Shown: positions 24,408 to 33,418 of the stretch, one piece after another
How positions within the stretch are numbered: position 1 is the stretch's first letter
How the letters are laid out: each line of letters starts with the position of its first letter
Source: a virus
Reading direction: 5' to 3' (one strand)
IMG/VR virus record: IMGVR_UViG_3300013290_000001
Length of the DNA: 37,437 nt
Position numbers and translations under genes: made by a program
Notes under the pieces: model-generated
The model's database searches: none
What the model saw: only the letters and a program-made list of their open reading frames with translations
What the model was told of the DNA's origin: nothing

Positions 24408-24860
24408 TCAGCTATGAGCTACCACAAAACCCCACGGCACCCACACCGCAGTTCCAACCTTTACCCTGCCAACCTGGCCCTCATATTCCACTTCAACCAC
24501 CGGATCATATATCTTCGGCAGTTTCAATGTCAGGCCATTTTTAGGCATCTTCCCCAGTTCCTCACAAAACAAACTGGCAGCACATTCCAACCCAAAACCA
24601 ATACTCATACCGCCCAGCCACCACCACACCATTACATCATCTTCTTTTTTCACCAGCTCCCGCGCCATCCACGAGATCTCCAGGTGATACACATCCAGCT
24701 CCGGATCACGGACCTCATGCAAAGCCACATTACCCAACGCCACCTCACCCGGCACAAAACCAGACCATTCCTGCTTTGTGATCGCAGCTCCCATCTTCAC
24801 CAACCGCGCCTTCCGTACCCCATCCCTCGTAATTGACGATTCAACCAATTTTACGGTCAT
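24408..24860 (-). CDS. Hypothetical protein (150 aa)
   Basis: Tracked ORF trimmed to the ATG at 24860 (MTVKLVESSITRDG...). No motif recognised. Confidence 0.55.
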   Translation of the reverse strand: MTVKLVESSITRDGVRKARLVKMGAAITKQEWSGFVPGEVALGNVALHEVRDPELDVYHLEISWMARELVKKEDDVMVWWWLGGMSIGFGLECAASLFCEELGKMPKNGLTLKLPKIYDPVVEVEYEGQVGRVKVGTAVWVPWGFVVAHS

Positions 24861-24891
24861 AAAGCCATCCCTTTCTTTTCTTCTTCGCAGT

Positions 24892-25125
24892 TCAATCTTT
24901 AAACAAAGTCGGTGATAAATTCTGCTTAGCAAAATTACGAAAATCATCACTCATTCGCTCACTGACAGAACACTTCAAACAAACTCTCACACCCATAGGC
25001 GATCCACAAACATCCGTACACCAGGAATATATATGTTCACCTGTAATCTCATGGCCACACACAGAACATCGATATGACTTCCTTGGTTTTTTGATAACCT
25101 TTTTGAATATCATCATCCACCTCAT
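24892..25125 (-). CDS. Cys-rich zinc-finger-like small protein
   Basis: CSVCGHE...CTDVCG...CLKC. ATGA overlap with the upstream gene. Confidence 0.6.
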   Translation of the reverse strand: MRWMMIFKKVIKKPRKSYRCSVCGHEITGEHIYSWCTDVCGSPMGVRVCLKCSVSERMSDDFRNFAKQNLSPTLFKD

Positions 25126-25949
25126 TCCGACATCGGAAACTCATTCCACTCGCGACCATCCAATAACCGACCGGCTTGCTTCTTGCCAACCCTATCCGAT
25201 TGATTTCCATCCCCCCAAGAGTAGTATTTATATTCATTTACATATTTTTGTTTTGAAGGAACCCACTCCCCCCACTGCTTAAAGAAAAACGGTACACCGG
25301 CATCAACACACTGATCCCTGATCGATCGTGCCCACTCCGGATGCATCGGACGCGCGTTAGGACCACTCTCCCCGCCAACAATCACCCAGTCTAAAGCGTC
25401 ACGCTCTATTCCATAATCCCGAACATCCTCAATCCAAACATATGGAGAAATATCTAGATTACCCAGCAACGGCTCACAACTCACAAACCTTACTGTAGCT
25501 GGAGTTTGTAGCAATAACGGAATTCTTAAATCAGCTGATTTTTGGTCCTCAATACTAACACCCAGCCAGATATTCTTAGCAATTTCATCATCGGACATAT
25601 TCAGCCATTTTATAAATTCAACCATGCGCTCAGGTCTCTTTGTAAGGATCATAAAGGTATGTTGTTTAGCATCTATCATCACCCGCCAGATATTCAATAC
25701 AACTGTAAATGGAACATCTTTATGAAAAAGGTCACTCATCGAATTCACGAACACCCTTGCCGGCTTTTTCCAGCTCAAAGGCTGAAACAATCGATCCGGA
25801 TGATGTCTAACATCCGAGAATTTACGGTCCTTCCAAAAGCGCTTGGCCATCGTTTCCGCATAACAATGCGCACACCCCGCGCTCACCTTCTCACAACCGG
25901 TTACCGGATTCCAAACCCTGTCCGCCCACTCAATTTTTGTTTTTGTCAT
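25122..25949 (-). CDS. Phage Gp37/Gp68-family (DUF5131) protein
   Basis: Trimmed to the ATG at 25949. MTKTKIEWADRVWNPVTGCEKVSAGCAHCYAETMA matches the conserved N-terminus and Cys cluster of this family. Confidence 0.8.
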   Translation of the reverse strand: MTKTKIEWADRVWNPVTGCEKVSAGCAHCYAETMAKRFWKDRKFSDVRHHPDRLFQPLSWKKPARVFVNSMSDLFHKDVPFTVVLNIWRVMIDAKQHTFMILTKRPERMVEFIKWLNMSDDEIAKNIWLGVSIEDQKSADLRIPLLLQTPATVRFVSCEPLLGNLDISPYVWIEDVRDYGIERDALDWVIVGGESGPNARPMHPEWARSIRDQCVDAGVPFFFKQWGEWVPSKQKYVNEYKYYSWGDGNQSDRVGKKQAGRLLDGREWNEFPMSE

Positions 25950-26181
25950 GATTAATTTCCTCATAATGTTTTTGAAAATTTTCAATTTTTTCGTAAAGCC
26001 CATCACGCCATTCTTTTTCGTTTGCCCTACCGTCAAAATCCATAAATTCTTCATAATCTTCCCAATCGTCATCCCGACCATTAACACCGCACACATGTGG
26101 ACAATCATCTGGAATAGGTAAACCCCAGGTATCATCCCAATCACAATCACATAAAAAATCACAAAATGGACACCTATGCAT
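25930..26181 (-). CDS. Cys-rich acidic small protein
   Basis: MHRCPFCDFLCDCDWDD...CPHVCG. ATG at 26181 after GAGGTGA. Confidence 0.55.
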   Translation of the reverse strand: MHRCPFCDFLCDCDWDDTWGLPIPDDCPHVCGVNGRDDDWEDYEEFMDFDGRANEKEWRDGLYEKIENFQKHYEEINHDKNKN

Positions 26182-26226
26182 CACTCACCTCAACCCTCAA
26201 ACCTGAATCCTAAATCTTGACCGCTT

Positions 26227-26409
26227 TCACCCATGAATCACCTCCTGGCTCACTTCAATGGATGATTCAATACGAATAAACGCACCTTTTTTTTCGTTCA
26301 CATCGTCAAGAAACTCATCATCCATAATCAGCCCATATACCTTATCAATCACTTCCTGACGCACTTTCCTCGGTCCAGAAACTTTTATGTAAATAAAATC
26401 TTCTTTCAT
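26227..26409 (-). CDS. Hypothetical small protein (60 aa)
   Basis: ORF with an ATG at 26409 after a short heptad spacer. Confidence 0.5.
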   Translation of the reverse strand: MKEDFIYIKVSGPRKVRQEVIDKVYGLIMDDEFLDDVNEKKGAFIRIESSIEVSQEVIHG

Positions 26410-26431
26410 CTCTTTTTCCTTTCCTCAATCC

Positions 26432-26704
26432 TCAATCCTCAAACTTGAATTTCTTCATCTTCGCAAAAACCGGATGATCTAACTTATCCTTCGACACCAG
26501 CTCTTCAGAAAATCCGGATTCCACCCAGTCACTTACCCGATAATGGGATATTCTCAAACCGTACTGAATAGCATGCTTGACTGATTTTTCCTGCAGCCAA
26601 TCAGCAGCATCCTTACGTATAAATTCATCCTCTACATAAACATCCCGGATCGCTCGGATTAAAACTGCAGCCATCAAGCGTCGAATTCCCCTCATTTCAT
26701 ACAT
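26432..26704 (-). CDS. Hypothetical protein (90 aa), first gene after the large noncoding region
   Basis: RBS GAGGGGGAGAT before ATG 26704. Confidence 0.6.
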   Translation of the reverse strand: MYEMRGIRRLMAAVLIRAIRDVYVEDEFIRKDAADWLQEKSVKHAIQYGLRISHYRVSDWVESGFSEELVSKDKLDHPVFAKMKKFKFED

Positions 26705-26724
26705 ATCTCCCCCTCAGCAGGCGT

Positions 26725-26762
26725 GTGAACTTCAAATTACGCATAAGTTCACCAAAGTTCAC
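26725..26762. promoter_or_regulatory. GTGAACTT/AAGTTCAC palindrome plus an extra half-site (operator-like)
   Basis: gtgaactt (26725-26732), aagttcac (26745-26752) and aagttcac (26755-26762). It lies 20-60 nt upstream of the 26704 start. Confidence 0.5.
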
Positions 26763-26930
26763 AAACCCATTTTTTATACCAAGACAAAAAACGCCCTTAT
26801 ACCCACTATAAATACATAAATATTCACGATATTCATAGTTTTTAAGGCATAAATGATTATTATGACCCCCATTTTTCCAGATTTTGACCAAAAAATCATA
26901 AAATTCAATGAAAAATCGGTAAAAATGGTG

Positions 26931-27090
26931 TGTGAAGCCAATGAACATTGTGAACTTAGGTAGGGGGTACCCTATTTGTTTTCGCATTAAAATAAGATTA
27001 AAATCATCAATTTTTAATCTTCTTTTAATCTTTTTTGAAAAACAAATGATAGAGGGGGTAGGGTAGTTCACAATGTTCATTGGCTTCACA
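26931..27090. repeat. 160-bp quasi-palindrome: 26-bp perfect inverted repeats flanking an AT-rich core (candidate origin or invertible segment)
   Basis: tgtgaagccaatgaacattgtgaact (26931-26956) is the exact reverse complement of 27065-27090. There are inner inverted repeats aagattaaaa/ttttaatctt (26994-27003 / 27012-27021) and ctatttgtttt/aaaaacaaat..tag. Confidence 0.8.
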
Positions 27091-27120
27091 AATCGCAATT
27101 TTTCACAAAAAATATCCATT

Positions 27121-30100
27121 TCACACCAACTTTTCCTGTTTACCACCGCCCGTAGGGGCTGGGCTTGCCTCTGCCCCCGTCTTCTTCTTGCTCTCCACAA
27201 CCTTTGGCCTCTTGGCGTCCTGCTCTTCCAAATACGTCTTCTCCAACGGTCCCTCCACTGGACCGATCTGATCCAGCTCCAATCCATACCGCAGCGCCAC
27301 ACCCTCCATCCTGGCTTCATCCCAGTAAACGAAAAACCCATCTCTCCGCCTGGCACTCACCTGCAGTTGCAGATCCTCGCGAATAATTCGGCCAACCGTA
27401 TGTGGTTTGATACCCTTTTGCTTGAATTTTTTCTTATCGTCTCCGTCATCCTCCGTATCTTCCGAGTTCATTTTGTCGATGATGTCATTCGCAACCTTAC
27501 AGATCTCCCCAATCTTCATCGCAAACCGTCCATCCGGTTCTTGGGTAACATAAATCTGGCGCATATCCGGAAACTTCCACATCGTCCACATTGCCTCAAT
27601 AACCCGTGCTGTGATCGTCATGCTCTTCGTGATCTGCGATTCGCGGTAATACTCCCGCAAACTTGCCCGGATCATTTCCTGTTGTTCTGGATCATCGCCA
27701 GCAATCGCCAGCAAACCACCCGCCACCTGGTTTAAACGCGCACTCACGGTCAAATCAAAATAATTCGGGTCTACCTTGATCGTCGGTTGCCATGTTTCCA
27801 TTCGAAACCGCAGCAGCAGGTTCCGCAGCGCCCGAGTCTTTTCCCGGATCTGATCATCAATATTTAACGGTACATTTTTCTTCACAAGTTCGATCATCTC
27901 GCGCGGTTGTAATTTGATCATCAGGCTTCTCGATGTCACCGCATCGTCCTGGAAATTGCGTTTCAATGTCATCAACTTGGGGCAGTATGTCTGAAAACTA
28001 CGCTCCTCATAATCATGTCTGCCATCCGGAAGGACCACATCCACACTCTTGGTAATCGCACCCCCGCGCATCGCCCCAGTATTGTAGAATTTGACCATAT
28101 CTTGGGTAGTATCCGATTTCTCCAGATCCGCCTCATCGATCACAACCGACCCCTTATATCGATCGACCATCCGAAACAATGAAGAAACCGAGCTGGCACC
28201 ACTGGCGATGATCGCCCGGTAACAGATCAGACCCACCCGAAACATGAATTGCGACTTGCCGGATCCTGTGTCTCCCATGAATGCCAGGTAACTCACCGCA
28301 TCGAAACAGTCGTATAACCAGGTCAAAAGCACATAGTTTGCGATCAATTTTCCCGTGCTTTCAGACGGTAAAATGAAAGCTGAGTGTAAATACATCTCAA
28401 TGTAAGTCGCCAGCTCCCTGAGGTTCTTCTTATCGCCTAATTTGGATGGCATCAAAACCACGCCCTTTTTGATTCCCTCCGTGGGTGGATACGGCTCATA
28501 TTTCCTGCCATCGATCACAACATACTGTCCCGTCTCAATTTTTCCGCCCGGATCGCGCCAGCACAACCGCGCGTGCCCGCTCTCTGGTTCATAAATATAC
28601 TCAATCAACCATCCATTTACCCACTCACCCCAGGTTTGTACCGGTTCGCCTTCAGAAGCAGCTTCCTTCGTTTTTTCATTGAAGGTCTTGATCATATTTG
28701 CCAGCTCGCGCACCCCTACTCCCAGCCACTTGGCCAGCTTTGCCCGGTATTGGCTCATGTCCAGTTCACCCATGCGCGTGATAATGCTCAGCGCATCCCG
28801 CACCGCCTGGTCGCGCTCGGCGCCTTGCTTGGAGCCTGCCCAAGCAGCAGCCATCTCGGCGAATGTTGGCGATTTTTTTAGCATTTCCGAGACACTGCTA
28901 CGCTGTTGGTCTGGATTCACGTCGACCGAGGTCATGGCCCGCAACAGATCATTCATATCTTTGACCTCGTGCTCCGCTTTCAAATCGAATCTTGCCCACT
29001 CCCCAGGAATAGGAAACGTGAACACCCGTCCCATGGCCTGCACAATCCCGTTCGCCCGCTCGATGTATGCCCTCTGCGTATCCGTCATACTTTCCGACGT
29101 CGGAAACACCACCCCCATCGGATCGCGCGCGCACATCACCCGGCTCATCGGACCCAATGCACTGGCTACCTTCCAGGCGTTATTGATTCCTGCCACATCC
29201 ACATCCAGCGCAACATAGATCGCCTTATGCCTGGACTGCAACACTCCCACCAGTTCATCATCCAGCTTCACACCCGCCAGCGCCACGGCAGGGATATCCC
29301 ACTGTGCCAGACTAATCGCATCCGCCTGCCCTTCCACCACCACCACATACTGTTCACCCGGCGCATACTCATGGTTGAAATATACCTGTCTCTTTCCCAC
29401 CAACACTTCCGGCAGGTTGTAGTGGAACTTATCCACTATCGAACGAGCGCTCAGGTACACCACACGCCCACTCTCCAGATGTGGATACACCAACCGTTCC
29501 CGTCCCACCATGCCAGGGATGTACCCGTTCAACACCCAGTCTTCATTCAGGTCCGTGAGACCATGACCAGCTGCCCAGCTGGGCACATTGCCCTTGTACC
29601 CCAGGATACTCACAGCCACCGGAGAATTGATATCCACACCCCCAGAGATCAGTGCATCGCGCATCTCAATCCGTTCCTGATCCGTCCCCCTGCCCGAAAA
29701 ACCCAGCATCGCCCTACTTACCGTGCCACCATCCCTGTCACTGCCCTCGTCGCTCTCCCTTGCCAGCGTCCAGCCTCGTTTCAGTGCGTACTCCTGTGCC
29801 GCGGGAGATCCCCAGAACCAGCCCGCAAACACCCGCGCCGCAACCGTCAACGCGTCAGCGCGTACCCTGGCTGCCAATCGCAGCGCATGATCAGCTCGTG
29901 ACCATTGCGGCTCAGGTAATCCAGCCTTCCTTGCTAGCTCCGTTACTGCCTCCTTGAAATCGATCTTCTTACGGCTCATTACCCAGGCAATCACATCGCC
30001 ATATTCCCCGGTCCCATTCCAGTGGTATGTCTGGTTGCGTGTGTCAATCACCAACCCGTTCGAGTGTGCTGCCTTACGATATCGCCCACGTTCTGGCAAT

Positions 30101-30174
30101 CTGAAACCGTCCTGGGTAACAATCTCCTCAATCTTTGTTGCCTGTTTCACGCGATCAACAATGTCAGTATCCAT
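27121..30174 (-). CDS. Bifunctional DNA primase / P-loop helicase
   Basis: Toprim-like VVVVEGQADAISLAQWDIPAVALAGV, Walker A MGDTGSGKSQF, Walker B VVIDEADL. ATG at 30174 after GGAGAGGG (the tracked start at 30180 is TTG). Confidence 0.85.
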   Translation of the reverse strand: MDTDIVDRVKQATKIEEIVTQDGFRLPERGRYRKAAHSNGLVIDTRNQTYHWNGTGEYGDVIAWVMSRKKIDFKEAVTELARKAGLPEPQWSRADHALRLAARVRADALTVAARVFAGWFWGSPAAQEYALKRGWTLARESDEGSDRDGGTVSRAMLGFSGRGTDQERIEMRDALISGGVDINSPVAVSILGYKGNVPSWAAGHGLTDLNEDWVLNGYIPGMVGRERLVYPHLESGRVVYLSARSIVDKFHYNLPEVLVGKRQVYFNHEYAPGEQYVVVVEGQADAISLAQWDIPAVALAGVKLDDELVGVLQSRHKAIYVALDVDVAGINNAWKVASALGPMSRVMCARDPMGVVFPTSESMTDTQRAYIERANGIVQAMGRVFTFPIPGEWARFDLKAEHEVKDMNDLLRAMTSVDVNPDQQRSSVSEMLKKSPTFAEMAAAWAGSKQGAERDQAVRDALSIITRMGELDMSQYRAKLAKWLGVGVRELANMIKTFNEKTKEAASEGEPVQTWGEWVNGWLIEYIYEPESGHARLCWRDPGGKIETGQYVVIDGRKYEPYPPTEGIKKGVVLMPSKLGDKKNLRELATYIEMYLHSAFILPSESTGKLIANYVLLTWLYDCFDAVSYLAFMGDTGSGKSQFMFRVGLICYRAIIASGASSVSSLFRMVDRYKGSVVIDEADLEKSDTTQDMVKFYNTGAMRGGAITKSVDVVLPDGRHDYEERSFQTYCPKLMTLKRNFQDDAVTSRSLMIKLQPREMIELVKKNVPLNIDDQIREKTRALRNLLLRFRMETWQPTIKVDPNYFDLTVSARLNQVAGGLLAIAGDDPEQQEMIRASLREYYRESQITKSMTITARVIEAMWTMWKFPDMRQIYVTQEPDGRFAMKIGEICKVANDIIDKMNSEDTEDDGDDKKKFKQKGIKPHTVGRIIREDLQLQVSARRRDGFFVYWDEARMEGVALRYGLELDQIGPVEGPLEKTYLEEQDAKRPKVVESKKKTGAEASPAPTGGGKQEKLV

Positions 30175-30193
30175 CAACAATCCCTCTCCGTCC

Positions 30194-30292
30194 GTTATGC
30201 GAACTAAAAATTAGTAGATAATCACCCAAAAACAGCCCAAAACCACCCCGAAAAGACCAAAACAGTTCGCATAACGAGACCATTATGCGAAC
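30194..30292. promoter_or_regulatory. Three copies of a (G)TTATGCGAAC operator-like motif upstream of the primase gene
   Basis: gttatgcgaac 30194-30204, gttcgcataac (inverted) 30265-30275, ttatgcgaac 30283-30292. The last two form a palindrome with an 8-nt (7-nt) spacer. Confidence 0.6.
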
Positions 30293-30380
30293 CAAAAAAT
30301 CATACACAACACGCACCCAAAGCCCGAAATCCTGGCACACGTCCGCCCCAGACCCGATTTTCTGTGAATTTCGTGAACTG

Positions 30381-30647
30381 TTATACTGCTGCATTTTCCA
30401 CCTCAGTGGGCGCGGGGGTAGGGCAGGCACATCCATGCAATCCTGCCATAATCTGCCCTTGCCGAATCAACCCCTTGGCTCGTCCCAGATCGTCGATCGC
30501 AGGACCCAACAACCCGGGCAATTGCGGTACAGCCAACCCAACACGTATTTCCACCAGCTCCACCAGTATCAATGCATTGCCAAGGCAACCCAAAGCCCCT
30601 TCGTAATGCTCCAAACGTTTTGAATCGATTTTATTCAAACGTGCCAT
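30381..30647 (-). CDS. Hypothetical protein (88 aa), weak call
   Basis: Co-oriented ORF with a 17-nt overlap with the upstream gene. Competing plus-strand ORFs cover the same region. Confidence 0.4.
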   Translation of the reverse strand: MARLNKIDSKRLEHYEGALGCLGNALILVELVEIRVGLAVPQLPGLLGPAIDDLGRAKGLIRQGQIMAGLHGCACPTPAPTEVENAAV

Positions 30648-30957
30648 CCCGCAACTTCCTTTCTACAGCTTCCGCTGCTTCCATACGCTGTTTTTGCGAT
30701 ACATGGCCATCCACCAGATAAGATCCAACCACCACCGTCCCACCAGTAATCACCACAGCCCAGATTGCCGCCAATTCCATCCAGGATTCCCACAACACCA
30801 GTAAAACCGTAATCGGTATCAGCACTGCCAGCATCCCGGCTACATAACGCTCAATAAATCGTAGAGAGCGCCCAAAAACGCCTTTCCATGGAAACCAGTG
30901 CTCAACAGCTAAAAACAAACTCGTCGTCATCATCGCAATTACGATCTGAAATGCCAT
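30631..30957 (-). CDS. Hypothetical membrane protein
   Basis: AAGGAG lies 10 nt before ATG 30957. Three hydrophobic segments. Confidence 0.6.
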   Translation of the reverse strand: MAFQIVIAMMTTSLFLAVEHWFPWKGVFGRSLRFIERYVAGMLAVLIPITVLLVLWESWMELAAIWAVVITGGTVVVGSYLVDGHVSQKQRMEAAEAVERKLRDGTFE

Positions 30958-31069
30958 CACTTAACTCCTTCGCCCTGGTCCATATTTCCTGCATGGCCAA
31001 GAGCCACCTCGAACGTCGCTCCGCAGGCAGGGGAACATACCGAACCTGCATCTCAATTTCGTATTTCAT
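30902..31069 (-). CDS. Possible unlisted 55-aa ORF
   Basis: ATG at 31069 lies 8 nt after the upstream TAG, with GGGGG in front. Translation: MKYEIEMQVRYVPLPAERRSRWLLAMQEIWTRAKELSDG... It overlaps the next gene by about 55 nt. Confidence 0.3.
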   Translation of the reverse strand: MKYEIEMQVRYVPLPAERRSRWLLAMQEIWTRAKELSDGISDRNCDDDDEFVFSC

Positions 31070-31077
31070 TCAACCCC

Positions 31078-31704
31078 CTAAATCAGGCCGTAATGCTTCA
31101 GCCTCTTATCGATCATAAGCTGGACATACCCCTCATCGATCTCGAAGGTTCCACCCTCACCATCCAGCGGTTCATACACCTCTGCTTCGGGATGGCTTTC
31201 TCCAGCGCTCGCATTACCTTTTGGATATTCCGTTTTCAAATAATAATCCCATACCTGTTTGGCCAACGCCAACGCTAGGCGATAATCTTTTACATTTTCA
31301 TGAATGGAATCAATACTCCAATATTTACTATCATCTATATCATCAAAAGACATCAAAGGATTGAAAATCCAGAAACTAATTTCATTGCACATAGTGATGT
31401 GAAATGAAATCAATGCAAAATCAGGGATTTTTACTTTAAACCACCCACCGTATTTTCCATTGCCAATCATTTCTTTTTGCATTTCTTTGTAAGATCTATT
31501 TTCTGGGTAATAAAGATCAACAAGTTTTATCCAAGGCAATAATGGTTCCGGAATTAACCTGATCAAATGATCCTGCAAAAACAACTCAAATTCTTTTTGT
31601 TTATTAATTTTAATTTGTTTTTCCGCAGCTTCCTTATTAATCATTTCAAAACCTACGTCCATCGCATCATAAATTTTGCTCATATCCATATCAATCTCTT
31701 CCAT
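31078..31704 (-). CDS. Hypothetical protein (208 aa)
   Basis: ATG at 31704 after GAGGGAG (the tracked start at 31710 is TTG). Partly AT-rich. Confidence 0.6.
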   Translation of the reverse strand: MEEIDMDMSKIYDAMDVGFEMINKEAAEKQIKINKQKEFELFLQDHLIRLIPEPLLPWIKLVDLYYPENRSYKEMQKEMIGNGKYGGWFKVKIPDFALISFHITMCNEISFWIFNPLMSFDDIDDSKYWSIDSIHENVKDYRLALALAKQVWDYYLKTEYPKGNASAGESHPEAEVYEPLDGEGGTFEIDEGYVQLMIDKRLKHYGLI

Positions 31705-31737
31705 TGCCAACTCCCTCTAAAAATAATTTGCTCATAA

Positions 31738-32031
31738 TCATTTCCTTTTAGCTTTCATTTTTGGACTTTGAACTCCCGTTCCCCCACTTGGCGGATTCAA
31801 TGGACCCGAAACAGTCCCTCGTGGTTGATACCCATTACTAATCACCCGATAATCCGTCACCCTTCCAACCGGTTCGTTAAATTCCTCAAAATACCGCTTA
31901 TTTGCCCGATCATCCTTCCACTTCAAAATCGCGTCACTAATCGCAGCCGCCATCCCAAAACAGAAAAACACCAGGAACAAAAGCACAGCTAAAACAAAAT
32001 TCGCATCCAACTCGTTAATAAATTCAGCCAT
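31738..32031 (-). CDS. Hypothetical membrane protein
   Basis: N-terminal TM FVLAVLLFLVFFCFGMAAAI. TAATG overlap with the upstream gene. Confidence 0.55.
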   Translation of the reverse strand: MAEFINELDANFVLAVLLFLVFFCFGMAAAISDAILKWKDDRANKRYFEEFNEPVGRVTDYRVISNGYQPRGTVSGPLNPPSGGTGVQSPKMKAKRK

Positions 32032-32246
32032 TATTCATCGTCCTTCTGAAAAAATTGATATACCATCTCATCCTCTTCAGTCCATCTTCCGATCAATTTC
32101 TCCTGCTCCCGGATCATCGAATAGACCTTCAGAAAATAAGGCTCATCAAACGCAACCACAACAAAATACTTCCCCTTATCCATCAACTTAAACGCCCGTG
32201 GATATAATTCCCGCAACCGCTTTTCAGCTTTTTCAATCTCAGTCAT
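32031..32246 (-). CDS. Hypothetical protein (71 aa)
   Basis: Co-oriented ORF with overlapping start and stop junctions on both sides. Confidence 0.55.
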   Translation of the reverse strand: MTEIEKAEKRLRELYPRAFKLMDKGKYFVVVAFDEPYFLKVYSMIREQEKLIGRWTEEDEMVYQFFQKDDE

Positions 32247-32472
32247 TTCTACTTACCTTTCCTATGAGCTTTGAGCTTTTAGCCTCCATCTCCAACCGTT
32301 CCTTCACAGCCAGCTGCCGAGCCAACTTCGCCCTCTTCCGCCTCTCATGCCGATTCAGATTCCGAATTTCAACTTCTTCCGCAAGAACAAACTCAGAATC
32401 GCCTACCGCGCCCGAATAACTCTTACTTTCCTCATCAATTATTTTTTTATCAAAATCTTCCGTCGAATCCAT
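32239..32472 (-). CDS. Hypothetical charged protein (77 aa)
   Basis: ATG at 32472 after a heptad spacer. Arg/Lys/Glu-rich helix. Confidence 0.55.
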   Translation of the reverse strand: MDSTEDFDKKIIDEESKSYSGAVGDSEFVLAEEVEIRNLNRHERRKRAKLARQLAVKERLEMEAKSSKLIGKVSRND

Positions 32473-32500
32473 TATTTAATCCTTTCCTCAAACCTCAATC

Positions 32501-33418
32501 CTACGATCTACCAGCCCCAACATCCCCTCTCTCCACCGCCTCCTCCAAATCCCCCATCCCCGGCTGCACATAGCGCGTCGTCGTCGTCACACGTTTATGC
32601 CCTAAAATCTTCTGCACCTCGGTCAACTTTGCCCCCGCATCCAGCATAGATTTCGCGCTCGTGTGTCGCAAAGCATGGGGACTCAATTCCGGCATCCCCA
32701 TGCGTTCTGAGAGCGCCTGCAGGCGTTTCTGAGCGGCTCTGGGTGTCAACTTCTCACCATTTTCGCCAGAAAACACAAACTCACCCGCTCTGAATCGATC
32801 TGAGAGGTGATCTGAGAGCATTTCGCGCACCGATTTCGAAAGCGGTACCACCCGGAACACATCACCCTTACCAGCGCGCACTTTTACCAGTCCTTTGCGC
32901 TCCGAGATTTCAATATCCTCACGCAGCAACCCCAACACCTCAGAAACACGCAGCCCGGCAAACAACATCAAACCTACCATCGCCTGATCGCGGATCGCGC
33001 GCTCGCGTCGCAGGGGTGTGTTGGCAGAGTTCACATCCATCTCCAATAACCGCAACACTTTGCGACGGTCCGCATCCGTCAACCACCTGGGTGCCTGGGA
33101 AACTTCCTCAGCGCGTGGGATTCGTTTCATAGAAAACAATTTCAATCCCAGCTCAGACTCAAAATAAGCGCACAGCATACCTAAACTTGCCCGTTTACGG
33201 TTCCAGGTAGCAGCAGAAAGCCGCTCCGTCTCCAGAGCATAAGAGCGGTAATGGCGCACATCCGTGCTGTTCATTAGATCCGGAGCGAACTTGCAACCCG
33301 CGTTCATCACCTCAAACCAACGCGCGTACAGGGATACATCCAGCAAATATGCGTAAATCGTTTTTTTTGAAACAACCCGCTCTTCCAACCAATCCGAAAA
33401 ACCATCCAGCCAGTTCAT
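32501..33418 (-). CDS. Tyrosine recombinase (phage integrase/XerCD family)
   Basis: AGLRVSEVLGL (Arg I), HALRHTSAKSM (HxxR) and ILGHKRVTTTTRYV (His plus the Tyr nucleophile). Confidence 0.9.
   Translation of the reverse strand: MNWLDGFSDWLEERVVSKKTIYAYLLDVSLYARWFEVMNAGCKFAPDLMNSTDVRHYRSYALETERLSAATWNRKRASLGMLCAYFESELGLKLFSMKRIPRAEEVSQAPRWLTDADRRKVLRLLEMDVNSANTPLRRERAIRDQAMVGLMLFAGLRVSEVLGLLREDIEISERKGLVKVRAGKGDVFRVVPLSKSVREMLSDHLSDRFRAGEFVFSGENGEKLTPRAAQKRLQALSERMGMPELSPHALRHTSAKSMLDAGAKLTEVQKILGHKRVTTTTRYVQPGMGDLEEAVERGDVGAGRS

Noticed and set aside
25950-26162. N-terminal extension of the DUF5131 ORF (tracked start at 26162)
   Set aside because: The family N-terminus MTKTKIEWADRVWNP begins at the ATG at 25949. 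The extension overlaps the well-supported Cys-rich ORF 25930..26181.
26697-27356. 219-aa minus-strand ORF across the gap downstream of the primase gene
   Set aside because: It overlaps the primase 3' end in another frame. It is Arg/Trp-rich low-complexity there, then runs through the AT-rich palindromic region. It has no RBS. The region is better explained as regulatory or origin DNA.
30164-30436. 90-aa minus-strand ORF in the primase leader
   Set aside because: It has no RBS and overlaps the primase start and all three operator-like motifs. Its translation looks like noncoding read-through.
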